NCBI GenBank assembly: GCA_963754875.1
Contig: CAVWHO010000018.1
Coordinates: 1-64,000 of the forward strand
From: Nitrospirota bacterium
Lineage (GTDB): Bacteria > Nitrospirota > UBA9217
Length of the DNA: 64,000 nt
Reading direction: 5' to 3'
This document shows, piece after piece, positions 18,766 to 30,801 of the stretch. The notes under the pieces were generated by a model. The model searched no databases. It was not told where the DNA came from and saw nothing but the letters and a program-made list of their open reading frames with translations. A program made the position numbers and the translations under genes. How positions within the stretch are numbered: the first letter of the stretch is position 1; every line of letters begins with the position of its first letter.

Positions 18766-18980
18766 TCCGCAGTTTTATCTAATACTGTCTTTCGGGCTAT
18801 TAACCACAGAACAATAACGTTACAGGCAGGTTGTAAATGAATGGGAATCGTTGCGAATTTTTTATGTTACGTAGAGCTAGACAATAAGGGCGTTTTGTAA
18901 GAGGAAGGACTTATATTAAGAGCAATTACTAAAACATCAAGCAGGATTGATTCTTATGCTGCTTTTATGCCCGCGCTATG

Positions 18981-20864
18981 ATCGAGTAGGCGGGGGCCTT
19001 CCGGCCCCAGCCTCTCACACCACCGTACGTGCCGTTCGGCATACGGCGGTTCACGCAAGGTCTGTAAAGCGTCGATGCTCTGTGAGAAGGCTCATGAGTC
19101 CCTGTTGTTGTAGCCATTTGGCGGTTACCGCAGCGTTCATATGTGACGCTCCGGCGTTCCACCATGGACCCCGGCCATTGTAGGCTGAGGCAAAAGCTCT
19201 TGCCTTTTCTATCCCTAGCTGGATAAGTTTCTTGGCTCTGGTTCGCGGCTTCTTCCATTGTCGCCAGAGGACACAGCGCAGTTTCCGCCGTATCCATTGA
19301 TCCAGTTCCTCGAAAGCGATCTTCACTTGGGACAGCCGGAAGTAATTTACCCATCCCCGAAGGTACTTCGTAAGTTCGGCAATCACCTTCGGCAGTGAGC
19401 GTCCCCGTCCCTTTCGGGTGATCTCCTTAACACGCGCCTTGGCTCTCTTGATGCTTTTCGGCGACACCTTGAGTTTCGGGCTACGATGCAATGTCATGGT
19501 GTAACCGAGGAACTTGCGGTTCCAAGGACGATCTACCGCGCTCTTTTCTTTGTTAACCGTCAAGCGTAGCTTCTTTGCAAGGAACCGGGTGATTGACTGC
19601 ATCACCTGTTCTCCGGCTGCCTTTGACTTGACGTAGATATTACAGTCATCGGCGTACCGGCAGAAGTGGTGGCCTCTTCGCTCTAGTTCCTTGTCCAGAT
19701 CATCCAAGATGATATTAGACAAAAGCGGCGAGAGTGGGCTACCTTGTGGCGTCCCTTCTTCGTGGGCTTGAACGATCCCTCCGATCATGATGCCTGCCCT
19801 CAAATAGCGGCCTATGAGTCGGAGGAGTCTCTTGTCTTTGACCCGTCTGGCCACCCGCACCATAAGTACGTCGTGGTTGACGCGGTCAAAGAACTTTTCC
19901 AAGTCCATGTCCACCACAAAGCGATAGCCTGCTTCCACATGGGCGCGAGCTGCTTTTACTGCGCCGTGACAGCCCCGTCCACGGCGGAAGCCATAGCTGC
20001 TTTCGCTAAATTGTGGATCGAAGATAGGGGTGAGTACCTGCAATATTGCTTGTTCGATGAACCGATCGAGCACGGTGGGGATTCCGAGCAGTCGCATTCC
20101 CTTTCCGTCCGGCTTCGGGATTTCTACCCGAAGGACGGCCGCAGGGTCGTACTGTCCGCTCAGCAACTCTTCCCGGATGCGCGGCCAGTTCGTCTTAAGG
20201 TAGGGCGTGAGTTCAAGAACGGTCATGCCGTCTACTCCCGGCGCTCCTTTGTTCGACTGGACGCGATGTAAGGCTGCTATCAGGTTCTCACGGCGCAATA
20301 CCTCCTCTAAGAGATTCGTCGCTTCCGGCTGGGCGTTCTCCTCTGCCGCCGCGGACGCTTGACGCTCCCTCGCCGTATTCTTACGGGTTCCGCCCGCTAC
20401 CTTCCGGGAGTCCTCTGGCATCTCAGCCTTCCTTCGCGCGTCTGCTTCGTCCATCGAGGTTTCGGCACCCCTCCGTCCTTCCATGTTCGGGCCTTCATCG
20501 CTGTGCGCAGCGACTAGTATGCCCTCGGCTGACTTCTGCAAGCTCATCCCGCCGTCTCTTGACGGTGGTAGCCATAGCAAGCTTGCAGACCTCCCCGGGT
20601 ATTGCGCACCCACTTTCTCCCCATATACCCGTCGCATCTACTTCCACGTCTTCCGAATGACTATCGGGCTTTGAATATTATGGCCTTCTCGCCCAGACGC
20701 GGCTGCCTCGTATGCGCTTCATGTACTTCGGGCCGGGGATTTGCGTTCCGCTTCCTTCAGACCCCGCCTCGCGGCGGCAGCCCTTGCGGTTCGGCTAACG
20801 GTTCCCGTCATCAGGGTCCGTAGAGGACTTACACCTCCAAGTGAGCGCGCCCTGCCGGGCGCAC
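18981..20864 (-). mobile_element. Group II intron, class IIC, apparently complete
   Basis: 5' GTGCGCCCGGC at 20864; domain V GAACCGCCGTATGCCGAACGGCACGTACGGTGGT with CGC triad; domain VI ending CTACTCGAT at 18981; sits just after a terminator. Confidence 0.93.
19051..20454 (-). CDS. ltrA: Group II intron reverse transcriptase/maturase, no endonuclease domain
   Basis: GAPGVDG, RLLGIPTV.DR, SYGFR, DLEKFFD, GTPQGSPLSP, RYADD and domain X (GWVNYF); start may be 20484. Confidence 0.95.
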   Translation of the reverse strand: MDEADARRKAEMPEDSRKVAGGTRKNTARERQASAAAEENAQPEATNLLEEVLRRENLIAALHRVQSNKGAPGVDGMTVLELTPYLKTNWPRIREELLSGQYDPAAVLRVEIPKPDGKGMRLLGIPTVLDRFIEQAILQVLTPIFDPQFSESSYGFRRGRGCHGAVKAARAHVEAGYRFVVDMDLEKFFDRVNHDVLMVRVARRVKDKRLLRLIGRYLRAGIMIGGIVQAHEEGTPQGSPLSPLLSNIILDDLDKELERRGHHFCRYADDCNIYVKSKAAGEQVMQSITRFLAKKLRLTVNKEKSAVDRPWNRKFLGYTMTLHRSPKLKVSPKSIKRAKARVKEITRKGRGRSLPKVIAELTKYLRGWVNYFRLSQVKIAFEELDQWIRRKLRCVLWRQWKKPRTRAKKLIQLGIEKARAFASAYNGRGPWWNAGASHMNAAVTAKWLQQQGLMSLLTEHRRFTDLA

Positions 20865-20868
20865 CACT

Positions 20869-20903
20869 AAAAAAGGCCGGAAAGCTTTCGCTCTCCGGCC
20901 TTT
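20869..20903 (-). terminator. Duplicate groEL terminator (intron target)
   Basis: ggccggagagcgaaagctttccggcc + T6, identical to the hairpin at 21865-21898. Confidence 0.88.
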
Positions 20904-20943
20904 GTGTGTCAGTTCCTCGTGAAAGGAAACATCTTCATACGTC

Positions 20944-21095
20944 TTAATACATTCCGCCCATTCCACCCATGCTGCCCATTATACCGCCTGCACCCTTTCA
21001 GGCAGGTCGGTGATCATCACTTCGGTCGTGAGCATGAGGCTCGCCACAGAGGAGGCGTTCTGAAGCGCAGAGCGCGTGACCTTCGTCGGGTCGAT
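20944..21095 (-). pseudogene. groEL: Second, partial copy of the groEL 3' end
   Basis: [33 protein letters not shown], then a frameshifted GGM tail ending MY-stop. Confidence 0.92.
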
Positions 21096-21156
21096 AAAAG
21101 TCTGAAAATTTATATTTTCAATTTATCGAATTATTGAAAATATGGAATTTTATATT

Positions 21157-21481
21157 TCAGCTTTTTCCCTCAGGAGGAACTGGCGGTATCAGCTTTTCGA
21201 GATGACTGATCAACTCCGGAATACGACCAGACGCCACAGCCCATATCCGTTCATGCTTAACCTCGCCGTACTCATGGGCAAGGATGTTACGCTGGCCAAT
21301 GACGCTCTTCCAGGGAATCTCCGGATGTGTCTGCTGATATGCATCGGAAACATGCCGCGCTGCGCAGCATACGATCCATTTGATAATCTTTGTACGAGCG
21401 GGACAGGACGAATTCTCTGACAGCCTTCGCCGCATCCAGCATGTCCCACAAATAGGCCGCATCCTGTTTGTTAGGCTGCAT
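21157..21481 (-). pseudogene. HepT-like (DUF86/HEPN) toxin with an internal deletion and frameshift
   Basis: DAAYLWDM..A, PEIPW and RNILAH (RX4H) motifs; the usual VERxxEIIGE segment is absent near 21360. Confidence 0.85.
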
Positions 21482-21779
21482 ACAATGTCTCTTTAGAAGA
21501 AAGGATAGATTGCCTTCGGAAAGGATTGCGGATTGCCCCCTGTTCCACGAGGTCCACTTCACGCCTGAAAATCGACTTCAACTCCTCCTTCATCTCTACG
21601 ATATCGAAGAGATCCCAACCCGCATCATCGTTAAACCGGACCAGGACGTCAACGTCACTGCTTGGGCGGAAATCCTCGCGTAGAACGGAGCCGAAAAGGG
21701 AAAACTCCGAGATCTTCCATTTGGCACAGAAATGCCTGATCTCTTCAATCGAGATATCGATATTTGGTCGCTTGTTCAT
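21471..21779 (-). CDS. MntA-like minimal nucleotidyltransferase antitoxin
   Basis: LFGSVLREDFRPSSDVDVLV and REVDLV motifs; overlaps the HEPN start. Confidence 0.9.
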   Translation of the reverse strand: MNKRPNIDISIEEIRHFCAKWKISEFSLFGSVLREDFRPSSDVDVLVRFNDDAGWDLFDIVEMKEELKSIFRREVDLVEQGAIRNPFRRQSILSSKETLYAA

Positions 21780-21864
21780 AATTACCTGCACAAATACTTC
21801 CTGTAGCTATTATCTACAAATTCATCCGTGAATGCAAGTGCTTTAGCTACGAATGCTTTCTACG

Positions 21865-21898
21865 AAAAAAGGCCGGAAAGCTTTCGCTCTCCGGCCTT
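21865..21898 (-). terminator. groEL terminator
   Basis: GC hairpin + T6 downstream of the groEL stop. Confidence 0.88.
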
Positions 21899-21929
21899 GT
21901 GCTGTTCCTCGTGAAAGGAAATTGTATGT

Positions 21930-23919
<1,990 letters not shown>

Positions 23920-23968
23920 ATTGCTCGACTCCTTTCTTTGAAGTAGTAAAATTAATTGTACCAGATAA

Positions 23969-23995
23969 TTAGCACTCGTTCAAGGCGAGTGCTAA
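23969..23995. promoter_or_regulatory. CIRCE element (HrcA operator)
   Basis: Perfect TTAGCACTC-N9-GAGTGCTAA upstream of groES. Confidence 0.97.
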
Positions 23996-24123
23996 TATAT
24001 TTCCCGGTGAGGAAAAATGCAAACGTAGAATAAAGATAAATTTGGCAAAATTAAGCAAATATTAGACAATATTACCTAAAATCTTCGATTATCTGATTTT
24101 TTTATAATTATTACTAAAAAAAG

Positions 24124-24150
24124 AAAGGCAGGATATAATATCCTGCCTTT
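24124..24150 (-). terminator. ctpA terminator
   Basis: aaaggcaggat/atcctgccttt hairpin with a U-tract on the minus strand. Confidence 0.8.
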
Positions 24151-24184
24151 TCAATAAGTTGCATAAACTATTTTATTCCGCCTT

Positions 24185-25540
24185 CTATTTTTCTTTTTTC
24201 ACCGTCGTTGCTATTCCCTTGAACACATCCTCCGCCATTACAGCCGGATTCAGTATCTCGATCGCTTTCTGGAGTTGGATGTCATCCTTGTCCTCCTTCG
24301 GCACAGCCTCCATGGTAAAGTCTTCTTCCTCCGCAGGCTGCGGCGCTTTTTTCTTCTTGTCCTCTTTGACCGTGTCGTTCTTCAGGTGCCGCTCAAGATC
24401 TTTTTCGCGCACCACCACATGCACCGGCTCACCCTCTTTCGCTTCTTTTATAACAGGCAGATTCACCTCGACATCTGGTGTAATGCCGACGTTCTGGATC
24501 GAACGGCCGCTCGGTGTATAATACTTGGCTGTGGTAAGACGGAGCCCGCCGCCGCTTTCAAGCGGGAAAACCGTCTGGACCGAGCCCTTGCCGAAGGTCT
24601 GCGCCCCGACGATGAGAGCGCGCTTTGAATCCTGAAGCGCACCGGCAACGATCTCCGACGCGCTGGCGCTTCCCGTGTTCACAAGCACCACGATCGGGTA
24701 TGTCCTCGGGACGTCGGTGCCCGTTGTCAGGAAGTCCTTCCGGTCATTAGGTTGCCTGCCCTGGAGGTACACCACCAGCTTGTCTTTGGGCATGAACTTG
24801 CTGCTCACATCCACCGACGCGTCGAGAAGTCCACCCGGATCATTCCGCAAGTCGATGACCAGCTTTTTCATTCCCTTGGATTCCAGGTTTTTCAAGGCCT
24901 TTTCCAATTCGTCCGTGGTCTGCCCCTGGAACTGAATGATCTTCACATATCCGATATTATTGTCCAGCATTCTGGACTTGACGCTTACGACCTTGATGAC
25001 GTCGCGGACGATCTTGAACTCCCGGGGTTTATCCCATCCTTCCCGGTAGATCATGAGCCGCACCGCCGTGCCTTTCGGGCCGCGCATCTTGTCCACGGCC
25101 TGCTCGATGGTCATGTCCTTGGTCCATTCATCGTTGATCTTCATGATCTTATCGCCTGCCGCCAGTCCTGCATGGTAACCGGGAGTATCCTCGATCGGAG
25201 CGATGATCGTGAGCTGCTGGTTCTTGACCCCAATCTGGATGCCGACGCCGGTGAATTCTCCCCGGATGTCCATGTTCATCTCTTTGAATTGCTTCTCGTT
25301 CATATATGATGAGTGGGGATCGAGGTTCGAGACCATCCCGCGGATGGCCCCCTGAATAAGCTCCTTTGTATCGGGCACTTCGACGTAGTTGCGTTTGATC
25401 AGTTCCATCGCTTGCGTGAAGGCCTTGAGATCTTCGTAGGTGTCAGGCTTGGCCTGGACCATCTGCTGACCGATCAAAACCCCCGCCAGCAGGATCACCA
25501 GCGCAGCGATTAAGAATTTTTTCTTGTTAATCCGTATCAT
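24185..25540 (-). CDS. ctpA: S41 C-terminal processing protease
   Basis: LDPHSSY, PDZ domain, DLRNDPGG, SASASEI and FGKGSVQ motifs; GGAGG RBS. Confidence 0.95.
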   Translation of the reverse strand: MIRINKKKFLIAALVILLAGVLIGQQMVQAKPDTYEDLKAFTQAMELIKRNYVEVPDTKELIQGAIRGMVSNLDPHSSYMNEKQFKEMNMDIRGEFTGVGIQIGVKNQQLTIIAPIEDTPGYHAGLAAGDKIMKINDEWTKDMTIEQAVDKMRGPKGTAVRLMIYREGWDKPREFKIVRDVIKVVSVKSRMLDNNIGYVKIIQFQGQTTDELEKALKNLESKGMKKLVIDLRNDPGGLLDASVDVSSKFMPKDKLVVYLQGRQPNDRKDFLTTGTDVPRTYPIVVLVNTGSASASEIVAGALQDSKRALIVGAQTFGKGSVQTVFPLESGGGLRLTTAKYYTPSGRSIQNVGITPDVEVNLPVIKEAKEGEPVHVVVREKDLERHLKNDTVKEDKKKKAPQPAEEEDFTMEAVPKEDKDDIQLQKAIEILNPAVMAEDVFKGIATTVKKEK

Positions 25541-25683
25541 GTTATCATCCTCCGAGTTGTTCTGCATAATAACTCTCCTCAAATTATTGCAGCAGAATAA
25601 TTACATCGTCATTATAGAAAAGTATCATAGCAGCGCGAAAAAAGCAAAGAGGTTTTTCCCCCTCGTGGCATCCCGCGCAGCCG

Positions 25684-26868
25684 TTATCTCTTCGTGAGCC
25701 TGGTAAGCGGGTCCTCCGCTTCGCCGTTCCTGCGCATTTCAAAATACAACTTCGCTCCCTTGAGGCTCCCGGTTTCACCTGCCAGACCAATGATCTGGCC
25801 TTTAGTAACCCGTGCTCCCTTATTCATGTCAAGCTGTGAAAGGTTTCCGTAGAGAGTATAGAAACCGTTACCATGGTCCAGGATCATGAGCTTGCCGTAT
25901 CCCTTGTACCAGTCCGCATAGACTACCTCGCCATCGCTCACCGCACGGACCGCCTGGCCTTCCCGGGCCGCGATCTCGATACCCCGGCGGAACACCATCG
26001 TGCCGAACTGCGGGTGGCGCTGCATTCCGAAACGGGTGATCACCTGTCCTTCCAGGGGCCAGGGAAGTCTCCCCTTTCCCGTGCCCGCTGTCTTACGTTC
26101 CTCCGGTGCAGGAACAAAGGATGCTTTTGCGGCTTTGCGCTCTGCTTCGTCTTTTTTGATCATGGCCCAAAGGCTGGCCGAAGATTCTTCGAGATCATGC
26201 AGTGTCTCTTCGTAAAGGCCTTTTTCCTGCCGGACGCTCGCAAGGATCACTGCTTTTTGGCGGCGTTTTGTCTCGAGCTCCGCTTTCTTGGTTTCAACAC
26301 CCCGTTGTCGCCCGAGGATCTCTTCCTTTTTCTCGCTCATTTCCTTCTGGCGCAGCGCAAGGCGGTCAAGGGCGCTGCCGTATTCCTGCATCATCACGTG
26401 GTCGTGGTCGGCAATCAAACCCAGGTATTTGGCCTGCTTGACCGCAATCCCCGGATTTTCAACGGCGATAATCATCGCACTCCCGCTCCGATTCATCTTG
26501 TACAGCGCCCGCAGCCGCTGTCCGTAGAGCCGCTTCAGCCCCGTGAGTTCCCGAGTGATCTCCGAGTTACTCGCTTCGATCCCCTGAAGGGTCGCCTCGG
26601 CGTCCCGAAGTTGTCTTCGCTGGTTGGCAAGCTCGGCACTCCCTGCCTGAATATCCCGGTCAATTTTATCAAGGTCGACAAGTACCGAATGCTCTTTCCG
26701 CTTTGCCCGTCTGAGCTCCTTTTTTTTCTCCTGCATCTCCTGTTTGATCCGCTGGAACTTTCGTTCAGAGTCCGATGAGGTGTCCGCACTCTGCACGGTT
26801 GATTCGCTTATGCAAATGAGAAAGACCAGGAGTAATGTACAATTTAAAAAACGGGAACTTGTCATCAT
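25684..26868 (-). CDS. envC: Murein hydrolase activator, coiled-coil + degenerate M23 domain
   Basis: LPWP..G, GIEI and YTLYGN (lacks HxH); follows ftsEX. Confidence 0.88.
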   Translation of the reverse strand: MMTSSRFLNCTLLLVFLICISESTVQSADTSSDSERKFQRIKQEMQEKKKELRRAKRKEHSVLVDLDKIDRDIQAGSAELANQRRQLRDAEATLQGIEASNSEITRELTGLKRLYGQRLRALYKMNRSGSAMIIAVENPGIAVKQAKYLGLIADHDHVMMQEYGSALDRLALRQKEMSEKKEEILGRQRGVETKKAELETKRRQKAVILASVRQEKGLYEETLHDLEESSASLWAMIKKDEAERKAAKASFVPAPEERKTAGTGKGRLPWPLEGQVITRFGMQRHPQFGTMVFRRGIEIAAREGQAVRAVSDGEVVYADWYKGYGKLMILDHGNGFYTLYGNLSQLDMNKGARVTKGQIIGLAGETGSLKGAKLYFEMRRNGEAEDPLTRLTKR

Positions 26869-26973
26869 CTTGCCCTGTATCTTCCTATTTTATACATGGT
26901 GACAATGGACTCAAGCGCCATCGGTCCACATAGGGCTCCTGACTGCGTGGAAAATTTCTCTCCGGTTACTGCG

Positions 26974-27861
26974 TCATTCAAGGAATTTGCTCACCGAAAC
27001 AAACGCTCCGGTCAAGCCGAGCAGACCGCCGCCCGTAATCATATATGCTACCACCGAAGGCGGCAGAAAGTCCAGCCTCATGAACCGTGAAAGCAAATAC
27101 TCAGCCTCCGGAGGCAATAAATAATAGAGCGCCGCAAGGATGCCGATGGCGAGCGCGGAGCCGAGCATGGCGAGTATCATTCCTTCAATGAGAAACGGCC
27201 CCTGGATGAACCCCTTCGTGGCCCCGATCCACTGCATGAGCTCGATTTCCTGGCCGCGGGAGTAAAGGGCCAGCCGGACTGAATTGGAGATGATGAATAC
27301 GACTGACACACCAAGCAGAATGGCGAGGACCGTCCCTCCGTAGGTGAGCAGTTTGTACAGTCCGGAAACCACCTCCGCTCCCTCCTTGCCGTACGAGACA
27401 TCCTCCACTCCCGGATAGCCGGAAATTTTCTTTGCCATTTTCTCAAGCTGATCGGCGTCCGCATACCCGCGGTCGATGGTCAGTTCGTAGGAATCGGGAA
27501 GGGGGTTCTCTCCCAGTCCCTGGAGAAGCGCCTCCTGGCCTTTTAATTCTTTTTTAAACTGTGCGAGAGCCTCTGTTTTGGACAACGAGACAACTTTTCT
27601 AACGCCTGCTTCGGCCTTGAGCCTGCCCTGAAGAAAATCCTTCTCATGGTCAGTCAGCCCGTCCTTGAGGTACACCGACATTTCGAACCGGTCTCCCATG
27701 GTTTGCACCGCCGACTGCACATTGAAAAAAACGATCAAAAAAAAACCGACAATAAGCATGGCCATACTGATCGTGCCCACGGCGAGGAGGTTCACCAGGC
27801 TGTTCGCTCGCAACCCGCGAAAGGCTTCTGAAACATAATAGAAGGGACCATATCCTCTCAC
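26974..27861 (-). CDS. ftsX: Cell division permease FtsX
   Basis: ENPLPDS, IISNSVRL and IGAT..FI.GPFLIEG motifs; GTGA overlap with ftsE. Confidence 0.95.
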   Translation of the reverse strand: MRGYGPFYYVSEAFRGLRANSLVNLLAVGTISMAMLIVGFFLIVFFNVQSAVQTMGDRFEMSVYLKDGLTDHEKDFLQGRLKAEAGVRKVVSLSKTEALAQFKKELKGQEALLQGLGENPLPDSYELTIDRGYADADQLEKMAKKISGYPGVEDVSYGKEGAEVVSGLYKLLTYGGTVLAILLGVSVVFIISNSVRLALYSRGQEIELMQWIGATKGFIQGPFLIEGMILAMLGSALAIGILAALYYLLPPEAEYLLSRFMRLDFLPPSVVAYMITGGGLLGLTGAFVSVSKFLE

Positions 27862-28601
27862 GGTTTGTCCTCCAGCGATTTTGTATCCGATGCGGGAGCG
27901 TTGGATCTCGTGTCCGGGATTGATGGGGGATGCCGCAGGGGCTGTTTCCCTTCATCGACGACACTGCCGCGTTCCATGGTAATGATCCTGCGCTTCATCT
28001 TGCGCACCATTTCCCAGTCATGGGTAGCCACGAGTACGGTCGTACCCTTCATATTAATATCGCGGAACAGGCTGAACATCTCTTGGGCGCTCTCGGGGTC
28101 GAGATTCCCCGTAGGTTCGTCTGCCAGCAGCACCTGGGGCTCGTTCACCAGCGCACGGGCCACGGCGACTTTCTGCTGCTCGCCCCCTGAAAGCTTCGGT
28201 GGCGTGAGGTGCCGTTTTCCCTCCATGCCGACTTTCTTGAGCACGAGGAAGGCCCGTCGTTCTATCTCTCCGGAGGGAGTGCCCACGACCTTGAGCGCAA
28301 GTGTGATGTTTTCAAATACGGTTTTATGCGCCAGCAGTTTGTAATCCTGGAACACGAAACCCATGTTCCGCCGGAGGTAGGGGATGGTCGATGGTTTAAG
28401 CCGGAAGGTGTTCATGCCCTGCATGATGATCTGGCCTTCATCAGCATGCTCGGCGCAGAAAAGGATCTTGAGGAGGGTCGTCTTGCCCGCACCGCTCGGG
28501 CCGGTGACGAATACGAACTCACCCTTGTCGATGGTAAAGCTTACCTCGCGCAGAGCGGGAACACCCTCATAGTTTTTTGTAACCCGGTAGAGCTGGATCA
28601 T
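27858..28601 (-). CDS. ftsE: Cell division ATPase FtsE
   Basis: GPSGAGKT, VFQDYKL, LSGGEQQ and DEPTGNLD motifs. Confidence 0.95.
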   Translation of the reverse strand: MIQLYRVTKNYEGVPALREVSFTIDKGEFVFVTGPSGAGKTTLLKILFCAEHADEGQIIMQGMNTFRLKPSTIPYLRRNMGFVFQDYKLLAHKTVFENITLALKVVGTPSGEIERRAFLVLKKVGMEGKRHLTPPKLSGGEQQKVAVARALVNEPQVLLADEPTGNLDPESAQEMFSLFRDINMKGTTVLVATHDWEMVRKMKRRIITMERGSVVDEGKQPLRHPPSIPDTRSNAPASDTKSLEDKP

Positions 28602-28613
28602 TCTCGTAGGGTC

Positions 28614-28680
28614 AGGACTGAGAAACGAGTGCTGAGGACTGAGCTGTCCCCGCAGTTCTCAGTCCTTTTCCCTCAGTCCT
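28614..28680. repeat. Intergenic tandem/inverted repeat pair
   Basis: aggactgag twice versus ctcagtcct twice. Confidence 0.75.
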
Positions 28681-29614
28681 TCTTTTTCTTAATGACGTTC
28701 TTCACCGCCGCCGCAATGTCGTTTGCCGACATGCTGTAATGCTTCAGAAGCCCTTCCTGGTCGCCGGAGGTCCCGAAGGTGTCCTTCACGCCGACCCGGA
28801 CGAGGGGAACGGGAGCGGACTCTGCAAGCACCTCGGCCACCGCGCCGCCCAGCCCGCCGATGATCGAGTGTTCTTCTGCAGTGACGATGGCGCCGCACTG
28901 CTTCGCCGCCGCGACAATGGCATCGGCGTCGATCGGCTTGATCGTGGACATGTTGATCACGCCGGCATCGATCCCCTCGCTTTTGAGGATGTCCCGCGCC
29001 TTGAGCGCCTCGGCAACCATCAGGCCCGTTGCGATGATCGCCGCGTCCTTGCCTGCGTTGAACACGTGGGCCTTGCCGATTTTGAACTTGTAATCCTCGC
29101 CGAAAAGCGTCGGCACCTTGTTCCGTCCGACACGCACGTAGCAGGGCCCCTTGTACTCGGCCACGGCCTCGATCGCCTGCAGTGTCTCCGGCCCGTCTGC
29201 CGGAACGATCACGGTCATGTGCGGCAGCACCCGCATCAGCGCGATGTCCTCGACGGACTGGTGCGAGCCGCCGTCCTCGCCCACCGTAATCCCGGCGTGG
29301 CTCGCCACGATCTTCACGTTCAGATTGGGATAGCACACCGACTGCCGCACCTGCTCCCAGGCCCTGCCCGTGGCGAAGACTGCGAAGGTGCTCGCAAATG
29401 GCAGCTTGCCGGCGATGGAGAGCCCGGCCGCCGTGCCGATCATGTCCTGTTCCGCAATTCCGATATTAAAAAATCTTTCGGGGAACGCCTTGGCGAATTT
29501 CCCGGTCTTGGTCGAGCCCGACAGGTCAGCATCGAGCACCACCACGTCGTTCCGTTTTTTCCCGAGGTTGACCAGAGCATCCCCGTATGCATCTCGTGTC
29601 GCAATCTTTGTCAC
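28673..29614 (-). CDS. Transketolase, C-terminal subunit
   Basis: DADLSGST, GIAEQ, EDGGSHQ and EEHSIIGGLG motifs; GTG start with AGGAGG. Confidence 0.93.
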   Translation of the reverse strand: MTKIATRDAYGDALVNLGKKRNDVVVLDADLSGSTKTGKFAKAFPERFFNIGIAEQDMIGTAAGLSIAGKLPFASTFAVFATGRAWEQVRQSVCYPNLNVKIVASHAGITVGEDGGSHQSVEDIALMRVLPHMTVIVPADGPETLQAIEAVAEYKGPCYVRVGRNKVPTLFGEDYKFKIGKAHVFNAGKDAAIIATGLMVAEALKARDILKSEGIDAGVINMSTIKPIDADAIVAAAKQCGAIVTAEEHSIIGGLGGAVAEVLAESAPVPLVRVGVKDTFGTSGDQEGLLKHYSMSANDIAAAVKNVIKKKKD

Positions 29615-29630
29615 TCTATCCTCCTGTACA

Positions 29631-29740
29631 AATGCGGAATTCGGAATATAAATATAATGGAAGAACTTCACGACGCTCGTTCCACATTCCGCTTGTACCC
29701 ACGCTATCGCAAGAGCAGGGTAAAATCCGCATTCCGCATT
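29631..29740. repeat. Intergenic heptamer inverted repeat pair
   Basis: aatgcgg-aattcgg-aat versus atccgc-attccgc-att. Confidence 0.7.
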
Positions 29741-29744
29741 ATAA

Positions 29745-30587
29745 TTATTTGCAGACCGTCTCTTCCGACAGTTCCTTCAGCGCGATCTCGTACTCTTCCT
29801 TCGAAGGCGTGGTGCCGTGAAATTCGACCTTGCCTTCGAAGACCTTAGACCCCTTGCCTTTGATCGTGCGGCAGACGATCATGGTCGGTTTCCCCTTGAT
29901 TGTTTCAGCTTTGTCGAGGGCGGCCGTAAGCTTTGCCATGTCATGGCCGTCGACGTCGATGACTTCCCAGCCGAAGGCCCGCCACTTGTCCGTGATCGGT
30001 TCGACACCCATTACTTTGGCAACCGGGCCGTCTATCTGGAGACCGTTGTTGTCCACGAACGCACAGAGATTGTCGAGCTTGTAATGGGCCGCGGTCATGG
30101 CAGCTTCCCAGACCTGCCCTTCCTGCAGTTCACCGTCGCCGAGCAGAGCATACACCCGGTTGGTCATTTTATCGAGTTTGTGCCCGAGCGCGATGCCGTT
30201 CGCCACAGACAGGCCCTGGCCGAGCGACCCCGTGGAGATCTCGATGCCCGGGACATACTTGCTGTCCGGGTGGCCCTGGAGCCGTGAGCCGAGTTTTCGG
30301 AGCGTGCAGAGTTCCGCGTGTTCGATGAATCCCGCGTGCGCGAGCACCGTGTACAGGAGCGGCGCGGCATGGCCTTTTGAGAGGATGAAATAATCGCGTC
30401 CCTTCCAGTCCGGTTTCTTCGCATCATATTTCATTTTATAGAAATACAGCGCTGTTGCGATGTCGGCAGAAGACAAGCTGCCTCCTGTATGCCCGGAGCC
30501 GCAGTCGGTCAGCATCTTCAGGATGTCGATCCGGACCTTCCGGGCTTTTTCTTTCAATGCTTTTAACTGATCTTCCGTGACTGCCAT
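29745..30587 (-). CDS. Transketolase, N-terminal subunit
   Basis: GHTGGSLS, LSKGH, TGSLGQG and GDGELQEG...DNN (TPP-binding) motifs. Confidence 0.95.
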   Translation of the reverse strand: MAVTEDQLKALKEKARKVRIDILKMLTDCGSGHTGGSLSSADIATALYFYKMKYDAKKPDWKGRDYFILSKGHAAPLLYTVLAHAGFIEHAELCTLRKLGSRLQGHPDSKYVPGIEISTGSLGQGLSVANGIALGHKLDKMTNRVYALLGDGELQEGQVWEAAMTAAHYKLDNLCAFVDNNGLQIDGPVAKVMGVEPITDKWRAFGWEVIDVDGHDMAKLTAALDKAETIKGKPTMIVCRTIKGKGSKVFEGKVEFHGTTPSKEEYEIALKELSEETVCK

Positions 30588-30801
30588 GCAACAATCCTCC
30601 CCGAACCATGGTATTTCTTCTTATGAGCCAAACGACTAGGTGACCAGCGGCGACTTCGCCGCCCAGGGTTAAAATGAACTCAAAATTAAACGCATTGTTT
30701 CAGGACAAAAAAGTATTTTTCCGCACTCCAGCAAAGCGGGCCCCGTGGTTTTCATCACAACAGCAAAACGCTTGAATGCGAATGCTCACAAATGAAAAAA
30801 C

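Noticed and set aside
19051..20637. Retron, DGR or CRISPR-associated reverse transcriptase
   Set aside because: Clear group IIC intron ends, domains V/VI and a maturase domain; no TR/VR pair or cas genes
11481..21779. Classical integron
   Set aside because: No tyrosine integrase and no convincing RYYYAAC...GTTRRRY attC sites; the TAAC...GTTA at 15783-15848 lacks correct box spacing
28739..29848. Long antisense ORFs (also 369-1121, 37863-39017, 39725-40855, 42147-43463, 61472-62482)
   Set aside because: Shadows of GC3-rich sense genes with no recognisable motifs
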